DNA of 64,000 bases from an uncultured virus (IMG/VR IMGVR_UViG_3300028557_000031) (IMGVR_UViG_3300028557_000031:1-64000), one strand, 5' to 3'. Positions 8,473 to 17,361 are shown, numbered from the stretch's first letter. Notes: generated by a model not told the origin, from the sequence alone. A program made the numbers and translations.

Positions 8473-10473
8473 ATGAACGACACATTAGGCGACGACGATA
8501 AGACACTCTCAAGGAAGAAACCTACCTCCGAATCGGGTACTCCCGTATTGGATAACTTTTCTCGTGACTTGAACAAATTGGCAGAACAAGGAAAACTTGA
8601 CCCAGTGATAGGTCGGGAGAAAGAGATTATTCGTATTGCTCAAATCCTTTCCCGTAGAAAGAAGAACAACCCTATTATCTTGGGGGAACCAGGCTCAGGT
8701 AAAACCGCTTTGATTGAGGGATTGGCGTCTCTTATTATCAATGGAGAATGTCCCAAAAATCTTCTTGACAAGCGTATTGTCAATTTAGACCTCACCGCTG
8801 TGGTGGCAGGGACAAAGTATCGTGGTCAGTTCGAGGAGCGTCTAAAGGTTATCCTTGAGGAACTCTCCAACAATCCCAACATCATTGTCTTTATCGATGA
8901 GATACACACATTGATTGGTTCAGGTAACTCAACAGGTAGTTTAGACGGTTCAAACATCTTTAAACCCGCACTTGCTCGTGGAGAAATTCAATGTATCGGT
9001 GCAACTACCTTGGATGAGTATCGTAAGTCATTTGAAAAAGACGGAGCTTTGGAGCGTAGATTCCAAAAGGTCATTGTAGACCCCTCATCAGTTGAGGAGA
9101 CCATCCAAATTCTCACTCACATTAAAGACCGATACGAATCGTTCCACAAAGTGGCATACTCTCAAGAAGTAATCGAACTTTGTGTGAAGCTCGCAGACCG
9201 ATATATCACCGACCGTGAGTTCCCCGACAAAGCCTTTGACATTTTGGATGAAGTTGGTGCTCGTAGTCAAACCGAGCAAAAGATTCCTGAAGTAATTGAA
9301 GAACTAAAACTCAAGGCTTCGGAAATCAAACAACAAAAGATGGATGTTGTAAAGAAACAGAACTACGAAGAAGCGGCAGCACTAAGGGACAAGGAGCGTA
9401 AAATCCTTGCTAAACTCGAAGAGGAAAAGCGGAAATACGCGGAAGAATCCTCAACAACTCGTATCCCTATCTCGGTGGAACAAGTCTACGATGTTGTTTC
9501 CAATATGACCAAAATTCCTGTGAGTAAAATGTCAGTTGACGATATTAACGCTCTTATTAATATGGACAAATCCCTTATGGAAAAGGTAATTGGTCAAGAC
9601 GATGCGGTGTCTATGATTGTCAAATCAATCCGTCGTAACCGAATCGGAATCAAAGACCCTAACCGTCCTATTGGTTCATTTATCTTCTTGGGTTCAACAG
9701 GTGTGGGTAAGACCCACTTAGCAAAACAGATTGCTAAGGAGATGTTCGGGTCAGAGGATGCGTTGATTCGAGTCGACATGAGTGAATATCAAGAGAAGCA
9801 CACACTGTCTCGTTTGGTGGGAGCACCCCCAGGATATGTCGGTTACGAAGAAGGTGGACAGCTTACCGAACAGGTAAAAAACAAACCATATGCGGTTATC
9901 CTATTCGATGAGGTTGAGAAAGCCCACAAGGACATTTTCTCTATTCTCCTTCAGATTCTTGATGATGGTCACGCAACCGATTCCCTCGGTCGAAAAATCA
10001 ACTTCAAGAACACCCTTATCATCATGACCACCAACCTCGGAGTCAAGAAACTTCAAGACTTTGGAGCTGGTATCGGGTTCTCCTCTAACAAGTACTCAAA
10101 CGAGGAGGCTAAAAAACAAATCTTGATGAAGGAAATGAAGAACTTCTTTTCCCCCGAGTTCCTAAACCGTATCGATGACACCATTGTGTTCCAAACACTC
10201 ACAAAGGAGAACATCGAGAAGATTGTAGGACTAGAACTTAGTAAACTCTCCAAGCGACTAGGTCACATGAAGTACAAAGTGGTGATGGACCCCACCCTCA
10301 CAGAGTACATTGCAAAAGTCGGTTTCGATGATGAATACGGAGCTCGTCCAGTAAAACGAGCCATCCAAGACAAAATCGAAGATTACCTATCGGAACTTAT
10401 CCTAATAGGTAAACTTAAAGAAAATCGAAAATACACCCTAAAGGTGGTAAATGAAGAGGTGAAAATCTCTTAA
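8473..10473 (+). CDS. clpC: ClpC/ClpA-type AAA+ ATPase lacking the N-terminal Clp-repeat domain
   Basis: Two AAA modules (GEPGSGKT/FIDEIH and GSTGVGKT/LFDEVEKAH), UVR-type middle domain (VKKQNYEEAAALRD), IGF ClpP-docking loop (GAGIGFS). Confidence 0.9.
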   Translation: MNDTLGDDDKTLSRKKPTSESGTPVLDNFSRDLNKLAEQGKLDPVIGREKEIIRIAQILSRRKKNNPIILGEPGSGKTALIEGLASLIINGECPKNLLDKRIVNLDLTAVVAGTKYRGQFEERLKVILEELSNNPNIIVFIDEIHTLIGSGNSTGSLDGSNIFKPALARGEIQCIGATTLDEYRKSFEKDGALERRFQKVIVDPSSVEETIQILTHIKDRYESFHKVAYSQEVIELCVKLADRYITDREFPDKAFDILDEVGARSQTEQKIPEVIEELKLKASEIKQQKMDVVKKQNYEEAAALRDKERKILAKLEEEKRKYAEESSTTRIPISVEQVYDVVSNMTKIPVSKMSVDDINALINMDKSLMEKVIGQDDAVSMIVKSIRRNRIGIKDPNRPIGSFIFLGSTGVGKTHLAKQIAKEMFGSEDALIRVDMSEYQEKHTLSRLVGAPPGYVGYEEGGQLTEQVKNKPYAVILFDEVEKAHKDIFSILLQILDDGHATDSLGRKINFKNTLIIMTTNLGVKKLQDFGAGIGFSSNKYSNEEAKKQILMKEMKNFFSPEFLNRIDDTIVFQTLTKENIEKIVGLELSKLSKRLGHMKYKVVMDPTLTEYIAKVGFDDEYGARPVKRAIQDKIEDYLSELILIGKLKENRKYTLKVVNEEVKIS

Positions 10474-10476
10474 CAT

Positions 10477-10505
10477 AAAAGGGGGGACGAAAGTCCCCCT
10501 TTTTT
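10477..10505 (+). terminator. Rho-independent terminator
   Basis: GGGGGAC-GAAA-GTCCCCC hairpin flanked by A and T tracts, just after clpC. Confidence 0.85.
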
Positions 10506-10532
10506 ATTTATACAGAATTGTATTTATAACAT

Positions 10533-11222
10533 ATGAGGGACATTATAATCAAGATATTAAAAGAAGAAGTTAGTAAAGGTAAGGTTACTTGTGACAATTG
10601 TGGTTGGTCTTGGAAACTATCCGAGGGGGGTCATGACCCATATATTTGTCATCAGTGTAATCACAACAACGAACCCAAAAATTTAAAAGAATCTTACAAA
10701 CACCCCAATCAAGAAAGTTTCGACAAATACTTTCTTTTAGTAAAAAAATATTGGGATAAAGTTGGTCTCTCTCGGAAATCGGAAAAAATGGCTGGTAAAT
10801 ATATTTTAGATTCTTCACTAACATTTCCTTTTGCCATAGAGTATCTTGGTGGTACCAAAAAATTTATAAAAGAAATATCAGATAAAATTCAAAATCAAGT
10901 TTTTGATTGTAAAGAATGTGGGGGATATAATTTCAAGTATTATGTTGATGAGTTTGATGTGGAAAGAAACTATAATTTTCACGAAATTAATGTTTCGGTA
11001 GTTGTTGATACCTCAATATCAGGTAGTACTTACAGCTCCGAAGATTTCAGTTTTACAAATGTAGATTACCAATTATTGTCAAACTTAGAAGGTTCTGAAT
11101 TTTATGGTGAGGTAATCCAAGAACTCAAGGCAATAATTAGTGAAGAATTAGAAAAAAAGATAGATGCACCGTTTGAACTTTGGGCTGACATTGTACGATT
11201 AGATTTTGAAACTTTTAATTAG
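10533..11222 (+). CDS. Hypothetical protein with an N-terminal zinc ribbon
   Basis: CDNCGWSW...YICHQC motif; TATTTAT upstream. Confidence 0.65.
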   Translation: MRDIIIKILKEEVSKGKVTCDNCGWSWKLSEGGHDPYICHQCNHNNEPKNLKESYKHPNQESFDKYFLLVKKYWDKVGLSRKSEKMAGKYILDSSLTFPFAIEYLGGTKKFIKEISDKIQNQVFDCKECGGYNFKYYVDEFDVERNYNFHEINVSVVVDTSISGSTYSSEDFSFTNVDYQLLSNLEGSEFYGEVIQELKAIISEELEKKIDAPFELWADIVRLDFETFN

Positions 11223-12046
11223 AACACCCACGGATTTGTTTGAGGTTTCAAATCTTTTTGATGTTTACGATATCCCAATTTTTCAATCATTTTTTTACCC
11301 ATCTCAATTCCATTAAAAACATCTTCGATTACAACATATTCGTAGGGGGTGTGGTAGTCGTAGTACCCAATAGAGAAATTAATACAGGAGATGTCAAATT
11401 TACCCCGTAAAGCCCATACATCTGTATAGGGGTGAACCATATACTCTAAGTCTTCACCAATACCCTCAGTTAAAATGTTATTACAAACATCAAAGAATTC
11501 AGAATCACGGTTGAACAATTGCTGACCCCAACAATATTCAGTCACCATCCAATTTTCGGGAGCATCGAACTGAATACCATATCCAACATTTTCAAAGAAC
11601 TCGGGACTAGCTTTTTTTGAACCATGACAACCCGTTTCTTCAGAAACAAAAAATGTCGCTTTCAGATTCGGTAGTTCCTCCAATAATTCCAAACAAGCAA
11701 AAACACCAGCTTTGTCATCACCCCCAATTCCTGTGGGCTCGTCATGGTCGTTATAAGCTTTAAGAGAAGGGCGTTGCTCCCCTTGAGCATTTACCAAAAA
11801 TTCCTCACGGATATTGATAGGTCCCAACCCATGTACGGTGTCGGTATGAGAAATCACACAAGGGAAATATTCAATATTCTCATCAGTTTGTTTAGTTGCA
11901 TAAACATTTAGATGTTCATCCACGAAATATGGGATTTGTTTTTCCTTTAACCACTCACAAATAAACTCGACCATCATACCCTCTCGGTATGTTGCGGTTG
12001 GAACGGATAAGACTTTCTTTAAGAATTCAATTTTACTGTGAGTCAT
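11219..12046 (-). CDS. Zinc metallopeptidase (M28/M42/M20-like)
   Basis: HTDTVH, GGDDKAG, SEETG, QFD and YHT metal-ligand motifs. Confidence 0.8.
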   Translation of the reverse strand: MTHSKIEFLKKVLSVPTATYREGMMVEFICEWLKEKQIPYFVDEHLNVYATKQTDENIEYFPCVISHTDTVHGLGPINIREEFLVNAQGEQRPSLKAYNDHDEPTGIGGDDKAGVFACLELLEELPNLKATFFVSEETGCHGSKKASPEFFENVGYGIQFDAPENWMVTEYCWGQQLFNRDSEFFDVCNNILTEGIGEDLEYMVHPYTDVWALRGKFDISCINFSIGYYDYHTPYEYVVIEDVFNGIEMGKKMIEKLGYRKHQKDLKPQTNPWVF

Positions 12047-13181
12047 GAGATAATATTTTACGCAAAGATAGTAAAATATTCTTTGATTCCAAAGTCAGCT
12101 CATAATTGTGGTACCAGTTGTAAAAATTCAGAGGGGATATTTTTAGTTCATCACTACCCCATCTACGAATTGGTAAATCAGAATATCTACCGTCTGTTAC
12201 CTTATTAACAAAAAGAATGAGTTTATTAGAACCTGCGTCATAGTGACTTATCGCGAATCTGATATTCTTCTGTGGCACATTGATGGGTTTACCCGTTCCG
12301 AATTGTTTTAATATTTTTGTCAAAATTTCTGTTCTCTGAGGTGAAACTTCCTCGTCCACTTTCTCAAGTAAATCCGTAATCATTCGATTAGTCTCAGAGA
12401 CATACCTCGGATTCTTCTTAAATACATGAACATCAATGTTCCATCTTTCTTCTTCCCAACCCCCTATATCTTTTCCTCGAGTCAATCCATTCATTGTTGA
12501 ATAGATACTTACCGAATCTGATTGTTCCTCTTTTTTGTTCGGATAAATTTTCATCAAATAGTATAAATTTCCTGCCGATATAGACACATTGAAATAATTA
12601 CTATATTTCTCATTGGTTTCTATATTCACACCATAAGGTCCTAATACCTCACTCAATTGATTTGATATCAATTTCCCCATTTTTTCGGTAAACTCCTCAT
12701 TTTGATATTCATAAATGACATCTAAAATTTGAGTAATTTCTCTTGGATATGATTTTAAGATTGTTTCGTTGATAGGCCTTGTATCCGTATTTGCGGTAAA
12801 ATTTTCGTTGAACTTCCGATACAACTTCAAAATCATCTGATATTCCTCACCGTTTCTATCGAAATAATCTCCAAGGAAAAAATCAGTCTCCGCCATCCTA
12901 TCATAGATGATATCAGGACCTTCATACTCCATGTTGCCCCCATCCAAAAACATAGATAACCACCAATAATCAAACTCGCCCAAATTGAAAAAATCTACCA
13001 ACTCGTTACCATCCATCTTTATTTCAAAGATAGATTTTACCCTATTGGGATTTTCTATTATTTTATCTACCACACTCTGAGCTAAAACATCCTCTGCAGA
13101 TACTTTACCTTTGATGTAATCGTAAACCAACTGAGGAAAATCCTTAGTACTTTCTGAAATTATTCTTCGGGACTTGGTCAT
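12033..13181 (-). CDS. Hypothetical protein
   Basis: 382-aa ORF, N-terminal RRIISES, TATTTAT upstream. Confidence 0.65.
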   Translation of the reverse strand: MTKSRRIISESTKDFPQLVYDYIKGKVSAEDVLAQSVVDKIIENPNRVKSIFEIKMDGNELVDFFNLGEFDYWWLSMFLDGGNMEYEGPDIIYDRMAETDFFLGDYFDRNGEEYQMILKLYRKFNENFTANTDTRPINETILKSYPREITQILDVIYEYQNEEFTEKMGKLISNQLSEVLGPYGVNIETNEKYSNYFNVSISAGNLYYLMKIYPNKKEEQSDSVSIYSTMNGLTRGKDIGGWEEERWNIDVHVFKKNPRYVSETNRMITDLLEKVDEEVSPQRTEILTKILKQFGTGKPINVPQKNIRFAISHYDAGSNKLILFVNKVTDGRYSDLPIRRWGSDELKISPLNFYNWYHNYELTLESKNILLSLRKILSHDSQ

Positions 13182-13196
13182 ATTAATATAAATACT

Positions 13197-13204
13197 TATA
13201 TTTG
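13197..13204 (+). promoter_or_regulatory. Bacteroidota-type -7 promoter box upstream of tmRNA
   Basis: TATATTTG fits TAnnTTTG, 18 nt before the tmRNA 5' end. The same box recurs at 14772, 30577, 52384, 63261 (+) and 17744, 22699, 24531, 28679, 30131 (-). Confidence 0.65.
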
Positions 13205-13222
13205 TAGAGTTCTTTGAAATAT

Positions 13223-13824
13223 GGGGGTGAACGGTATTGATTGGCAGGGTTAATCATACGGGGCATGCAGTGAGATGTTTCCTATCACTTTAATCTATGG
13301 GAGTGCTTTTTAAGTGGCAACACTTTTGAAAAGCTTCAGGCTGTAGGTCTTCTTACAACTGAAGCGGTTACTGTAGCTTAGGCTATAATAACCGTGGGTC
13401 GATGGGGACATATACCTTGAAACAGAAGTCCTTATGGTGTGGTTTCTACCTTAAAAGAAATGGAGGTAATGTTTGGTGTTCTACCGATTTGAGTGAACAC
13501 TCCACAGTTTCTGATGACGATGGCAAAATAGGAATCAGATATTTCGGAGGGTTAAACAAACCCTGACCTAAGCATGTAGTCCTTTATGGGTAAACTGAGC
13601 AAGACGTGGGTTAAAAATCGAGCCCCTTCATATCGTGAGATATGTCGAAAATCGGATGAATTCAGGGGAAGTCTTTCGGGATTATCCTGAGCCAAGCCTG
13701 GTAGGAATAGGAAGGTGCAGAGACTAGTGGGTGGTAGACGCTTCTACCGTAATACCACATTAGCGTCCGACATCTTGAAAAAGATGATGATATAGTCCAC
13801 TTGTGTCGAATCCCACCACCTCCA
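13223..13824 (+). ncRNA. ssrA: tmRNA interrupted by a group I intron in the T-loop
   Basis: Acceptor stem GGGGGTG/CACCTCC with G3-U70 and discriminator A; GGGCATGC...AGCATGT helix; tag frame 13316-13381 (GNTFEKLQAVGLLTTEAVTVA*); T-arm GTGGG-TTCGAAT-CCCAC restored only when 13612-13805 is removed. Confidence 0.92.
13612..13805 (+). mobile_element. Group I self-splicing intron (194 nt, no ORF)
   Basis: P1 GGGU|U pairs with AGCCC giving a U-G splice pair; P/Q motifs GAATTCAGGGGAA and TATCCTGAGCC; R GTGCAGAGACTAG; S GATGATATAGTCC; P3 TCGGATG/CGTCCGA; terminal G at 13805. Confidence 0.9.
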
Positions 13825-13980
13825 CCGTGGACAAATTTGAAAGGGTCTTTAATTAGACCTTTTCATTTGTTCATAAATTAGATTTATAATTTATGTAAAA
13901 TTTGATGTTAAGTTTTATTATTTTTTACTACTTGACAGATAATTATTGTCGATTATAATATTCAATATAATTTATACAAA

Positions 13981-14151
13981 ATGAAAAACATCATCGCATC
14001 TATTTTTGCTGCTGTCGTTTTAACTTCTTGTGGCGGTGAATCAACAGTTGAAGAAACTGTTATTGACACCACAACTGTTGTTACCGAGGAGGATACCCTT
14101 GTAACTGAAGAAGTTGTTGAAACTTTAGGAGAAGAAGCTACCGCAGAGTAA
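13981..14151 (+). CDS. Small acidic lipoprotein (56 aa)
   Basis: Below the ORF-track cutoff. MKNIIASIFAAVVLTS|CGGESTVEETVIDTTTVVTEEDTLV... has a signal peptide with LTSC lipobox; terminator hairpin at 14173-14198 follows. Confidence 0.75.
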   Translation: MKNIIASIFAAVVLTSCGGESTVEETVIDTTTVVTEEDTLVTEEVVETLGEEATAE

Positions 14152-14225
14152 TTTACATTTCTCTTTGACGCAGAGGGGTCTTCGGACCCCTTTTTTTATC
14201 ACTAATAATTTTCTATATTTTAACT

Positions 14226-14627
14226 ATGAGTAAACACGCAAATATTTGTAGTAACAATTGTTTTGGTAGGAAAGATTATGATGGTAGTTGTTGTCACATA
14301 GAAGACAGAGATTACATAATTGGACCTCACACGGACCCCGAAGAGTTTCTTGAAAGATTATCTGATAGATTCAATAGAAAAGTAAAATTTGAAGAAATAT
14401 TTTATTCATTCGAGGAAGGTTCAAGATTATTTCCTGAAAGAAGTTCATGGCAAAATCCTAATTCGTATCCGGCGTTAAAAATCGATATCGAAAAAGAACG
14501 GAAACCATGTATATTTTATAATTCTACATTGCGTTCTTGTTCTATTTATGATATCCGACCACAGATTTGTAGAAAATATTATTGTCAGTTTCTGTTTGAT
14601 GTTTTAAATCCTGTTGACAAAAAATAA
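14226..14627 (+). CDS. YkgJ-family Cys-cluster (Zn/Fe-S) protein
   Basis: C-x3-C...CC at the N-terminus; C-x-F...C-x-IY-x2-RP-x2-CR-x-Y-x-C at the C-terminus. Confidence 0.75.
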   Translation: MSKHANICSNNCFGRKDYDGSCCHIEDRDYIIGPHTDPEEFLERLSDRFNRKVKFEEIFYSFEEGSRLFPERSSWQNPNSYPALKIDIEKERKPCIFYNSTLRSCSIYDIRPQICRKYYCQFLFDVLNPVDKK

Positions 14628-14649
14628 TTTATTTATTATGGTTTCTCAC

Positions 14650-14737
14650 GGAAAAGTATCCAAGTTGTTGTACGGCACCTGACTTAAAATCAGACATAAG
14701 GTAAACCATATCGGGGAATCAAATCCCTCCTTTTCCG
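14650..14737 (+). tRNA. Degenerate tRNA with a Ser-type body and TAA anticodon (probable pseudo-tRNA)
   Basis: Acceptor GGAAAAG/CTTTTCC, discriminator G, long variable region, loop CT-TAA-AA, T-loop ATCAAAT, D-loop lacks GG. Confidence 0.55.
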
Positions 14738-14789
14738 CAGAAAAATATTTGAAAGTTTATAAATTATTTATTATATTTGTACAGACAAA

Positions 14790-14861
14790 GGGCCCATAGG
14801 TAAAGGGATATACCCTCTCACTTCTAATGAGATATTTCAGGTTCGAATCCTGGTGGGCCTA
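14790..14861 (+). tRNA. tRNA-Arg(TCT)
   Basis: GGGCCCA/TGGGCCT acceptor, TCTCA-CTTCTAA-TGAGA anticodon arm, TTCGAAT T-loop. Confidence 0.88.
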
Positions 14862-15224
14862 CAAAAGTTATGAAATCAAGTCAAGAAGACATAAAAAAAA
14901 CCCGATACAATGGTGTGGCACCTGAGGGCTATACCTTGCTTCGAAATGAAGTTTTAGCAGAACTAAAAAATTTTGATAATTGGAAAGCTTGGAAAAACGA
15001 CGAAATTTCCCTCTACGACCTCGATAAGACGGATATTTCGGAATAGAATTCATAATTTTGATATATTTAAACCTAAACCCCCCTTTCTATGAATCCTGAA
15101 ATTCTCAACACCACTGATATCCTCTTCCAAAGCGGTCAAATTATTGACAAAGCTCAATGTGAGATTTATCTTTGTGAATGGGATAATATCCATGGTGATA
15201 TTGTCTTGTTTGTATAAATAAAAA

Positions 15225-15297
15225 GCGGTAATAGCTCAGTTGGTAGAGCACGTTCCTTCCAAGTACGGGGTCGCAGGTTCGAATCCTGTTTACCGCT
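15225..15297 (+). tRNA. tRNA-Gly(TCC)
   Basis: GCGGTAA/TTACCGC acceptor, discriminator T, loop CT-TCC-AA, canonical D and T arms. Confidence 0.9.
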
Positions 15298-15506
15298 CAA
15301 AGTAGACCTTCAAAAGGGCCCTTCCGTATTTATACGGCTTGTTGGGCCCGGGTCTATTTTAAAATAAACAGTACCTCGAGGCTTCCCGTAAGAACAGCTC
15401 TAAATTCTGAGGTCTTATAGTGATACAAGTGAATAACCCAAGGCATAAGATACAATCACACCCCCAACCTCTCCTTGGAGGACGCTTCAAGGATGTTGGG
15501 GTTTTA

Positions 15507-15582
15507 GCCGAAGTAGCTCAGTGGTAGAGCAGCTTTCGTAAAAGATGGTGTGACGCGATAGGTTCGATTCCTGCCTTCGGCT
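15507..15582 (+). tRNA. tRNA-Thr(CGT)-like gene with an aberrant anticodon arm
   Basis: GCCGAAG/CTTCGGC acceptor, canonical D arm and TTCGATT loop; anticodon arm shortened (CTTT-CGTA-AAAG) and variable region lengthened. Confidence 0.6.
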
Positions 15583-15606
15583 CTTAATTACTCAATAAAC
15601 TATTTA

Positions 15607-16245
15607 TTGATTATGAACAGTAGATTATTGAAAGAAATTTCTGAGATTAAAAAACAAATCTCTTTATTGGAAGACTATGTAAGAGTGGATGAAACAGGAT
15701 TTTCATTCATTACTACCGATGATGATGCAACCAAAACTGACAAAATCTCAAGGGCTTTGTTACAAGATATCAACACCGCCGCTAAAAGAGCTGGTGTTAA
15801 AGCGGTTATAACTACCGCCAGCTCGGGACACTCTGAAAAAACTATTAGTGGAACTCGTAGTAGACATCCCGATAATAACGCGGTTGATATTTCAAATATC
15901 AATGGAGAAGCCGCTCAGGGTGCGAGTTCAAACAACCCAGGTAACCCAAAATTCAAAAAACTTGGTGATGCTTTGGTGAATGAATTGGTTGATATGGGTT
16001 ATTCTTTAAATGTCGAGAGTGGAAAAGATAAGGCAGTTTTATGGCAAACAAATACAGGTGGAAACCACTACAATCACATCCACATTTCAAATATTACGGA
16101 TACACCAAGCGAAGAGTCAGAAACTGAAGATACCGAAACTACGACTGCCGGTGTCAGAGATGGTCAGTTTCAACAGGAAAAACCATCTTTTGATATCTCA
16201 CAAACTTTAAAATCATTCCAAAAGTTCAAAGATATTTTCAAGTGA
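15607..16245 (+). CDS. Zinc peptidase (M15/LAS-fold-like), possible cell-wall hydrolase
   Basis: SRHPDNNAVDI (H-x6-D) and HYNHIHIS (H-x-H) motifs. Confidence 0.6.
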   Translation: MIMNSRLLKEISEIKKQISLLEDYVRVDETGFSFITTDDDATKTDKISRALLQDINTAAKRAGVKAVITTASSGHSEKTISGTRSRHPDNNAVDISNINGEAAQGASSNNPGNPKFKKLGDALVNELVDMGYSLNVESGKDKAVLWQTNTGGNHYNHIHISNITDTPSEESETEDTETTTAGVRDGQFQQEKPSFDISQTLKSFQKFKDIFK

Positions 16246-16453
16246 CTTGTGGAAGGTGAGGGATTTGCTCTATCAAGTAAGTTTTCTGTGACTTAAATCA
16301 TATCAGGATTATCACCATCATTATCCTTTATCGAATTCAATATACTTGGTAATGCAAGTGCCAACAAAGACCACCAAGGATTCTCAAAGTGGTAAACAAT
16401 ATATCCAATTAATAGAATAAATGCGAGTCCCAAAACAATTATCGCTAATTCTT

Positions 16454-16744
16454 TCATTGTTCCCAATCTGAAAATTTCAAACCCCACATCAAACCAATCA
16501 TAGCCATTTCCCTTTCCGCAAGGTGTTTGTTGATTCTAAGATTTTTTCTTATAAATTCAGTACCCCACAACTGCCATTCATCATTTTGAGCTTTGGTCAT
16601 TTCCCATTCCTGATACCAAGAATCTTTTCTGTCTTTAATATCCTCGTAAGAAATATTATGACCTGCAATATAAAACATTTTGTTGATTAGTTCTTCAACA
16701 ACTTTCTGATTTTTTTCCTGTTTTGATAATCGCTTCTTTGTCAT
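16454..16744 (-). CDS. Hypothetical phage protein
   Basis: 96-aa ORF translationally coupled to its neighbours. Confidence 0.55.
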   Translation of the reverse strand: MTKKRLSKQEKNQKVVEELINKMFYIAGHNISYEDIKDRKDSWYQEWEMTKAQNDEWQLWGTEFIRKNLRINKHLAEREMAMIGLMWGLKFSDWEQ

Positions 16745-17361
16745 TACATTAAAAATTTTATAATTTTATCCTTTATACCTGATTGCTTTATACCTTCCCA
16801 AGACCTTGGTGTTTGAACAAAATTACTTAAGCCTGGTTTGTTATCTGAACCATCTCTGTCAGAAAATTGAGCACCCAAAAAATCTATAGACATATCCAAA
16901 TCATCAACCGCAACCCAATGAGTAATCTCAGGATGAGATTCCAACCAATGTTGAATTTCCATGAATCTCTCTAATTCCAAATCAGCCCTGAATCTTAGTT
17001 TAGCCCATTCAGATGGAAATAAATCTTTAAACATTCCTGTGGTATCTATTGGTCTTTTAATAACACCCTGTGATAAGTAATAATCTCCAAGTTCCTCGAG
17101 TGTTGCGTGAAACCTCCAATCTGAACTCACCACATATTCTGCGCCTGTTTTCTCAAGAATTTTGTTGAAAACCTTAATCGCTTTTGGGTCGAAGTTATCA
17201 AATCGAACATATACAGGTAAGTCATTTGCTGATGTACCCATAGTTCTACCCTCTTTGATTTGTTTCTTCCTACGAGAACCCCAGTTCTCTGCCAAGCAGA
17301 TTACACCATCATTATCTAAGAATATTACTTTCATCTTGAATTGATTTGTAGTGAGATTCAT
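16744..17361 (-). CDS. HAD-superfamily phosphatase (Swiss-Army-Knife RNA-repair type)
   Basis: KVIFLDNDGV, VVSSDWR and WVAVDD motifs; true start probably MKVIF. Confidence 0.78.
   Translation of the reverse strand: MNLTTNQFKMKVIFLDNDGVICLAENWGSRRKKQIKEGRTMGTSANDLPVYVRFDNFDPKAIKVFNKILEKTGAEYVVSSDWRFHATLEELGDYYLSQGVIKRPIDTTGMFKDLFPSEWAKLRFRADLELERFMEIQHWLESHPEITHWVAVDDLDMSIDFLGAQFSDRDGSDNKPGLSNFVQTPRSWEGIKQSGIKDKIIKFLM

Noticed and set aside
8473..10473. ClpB disaggregase
   Set aside because: The short UVR-type middle domain and IGF loop indicate a ClpP-partnering ClpC/ClpA type.
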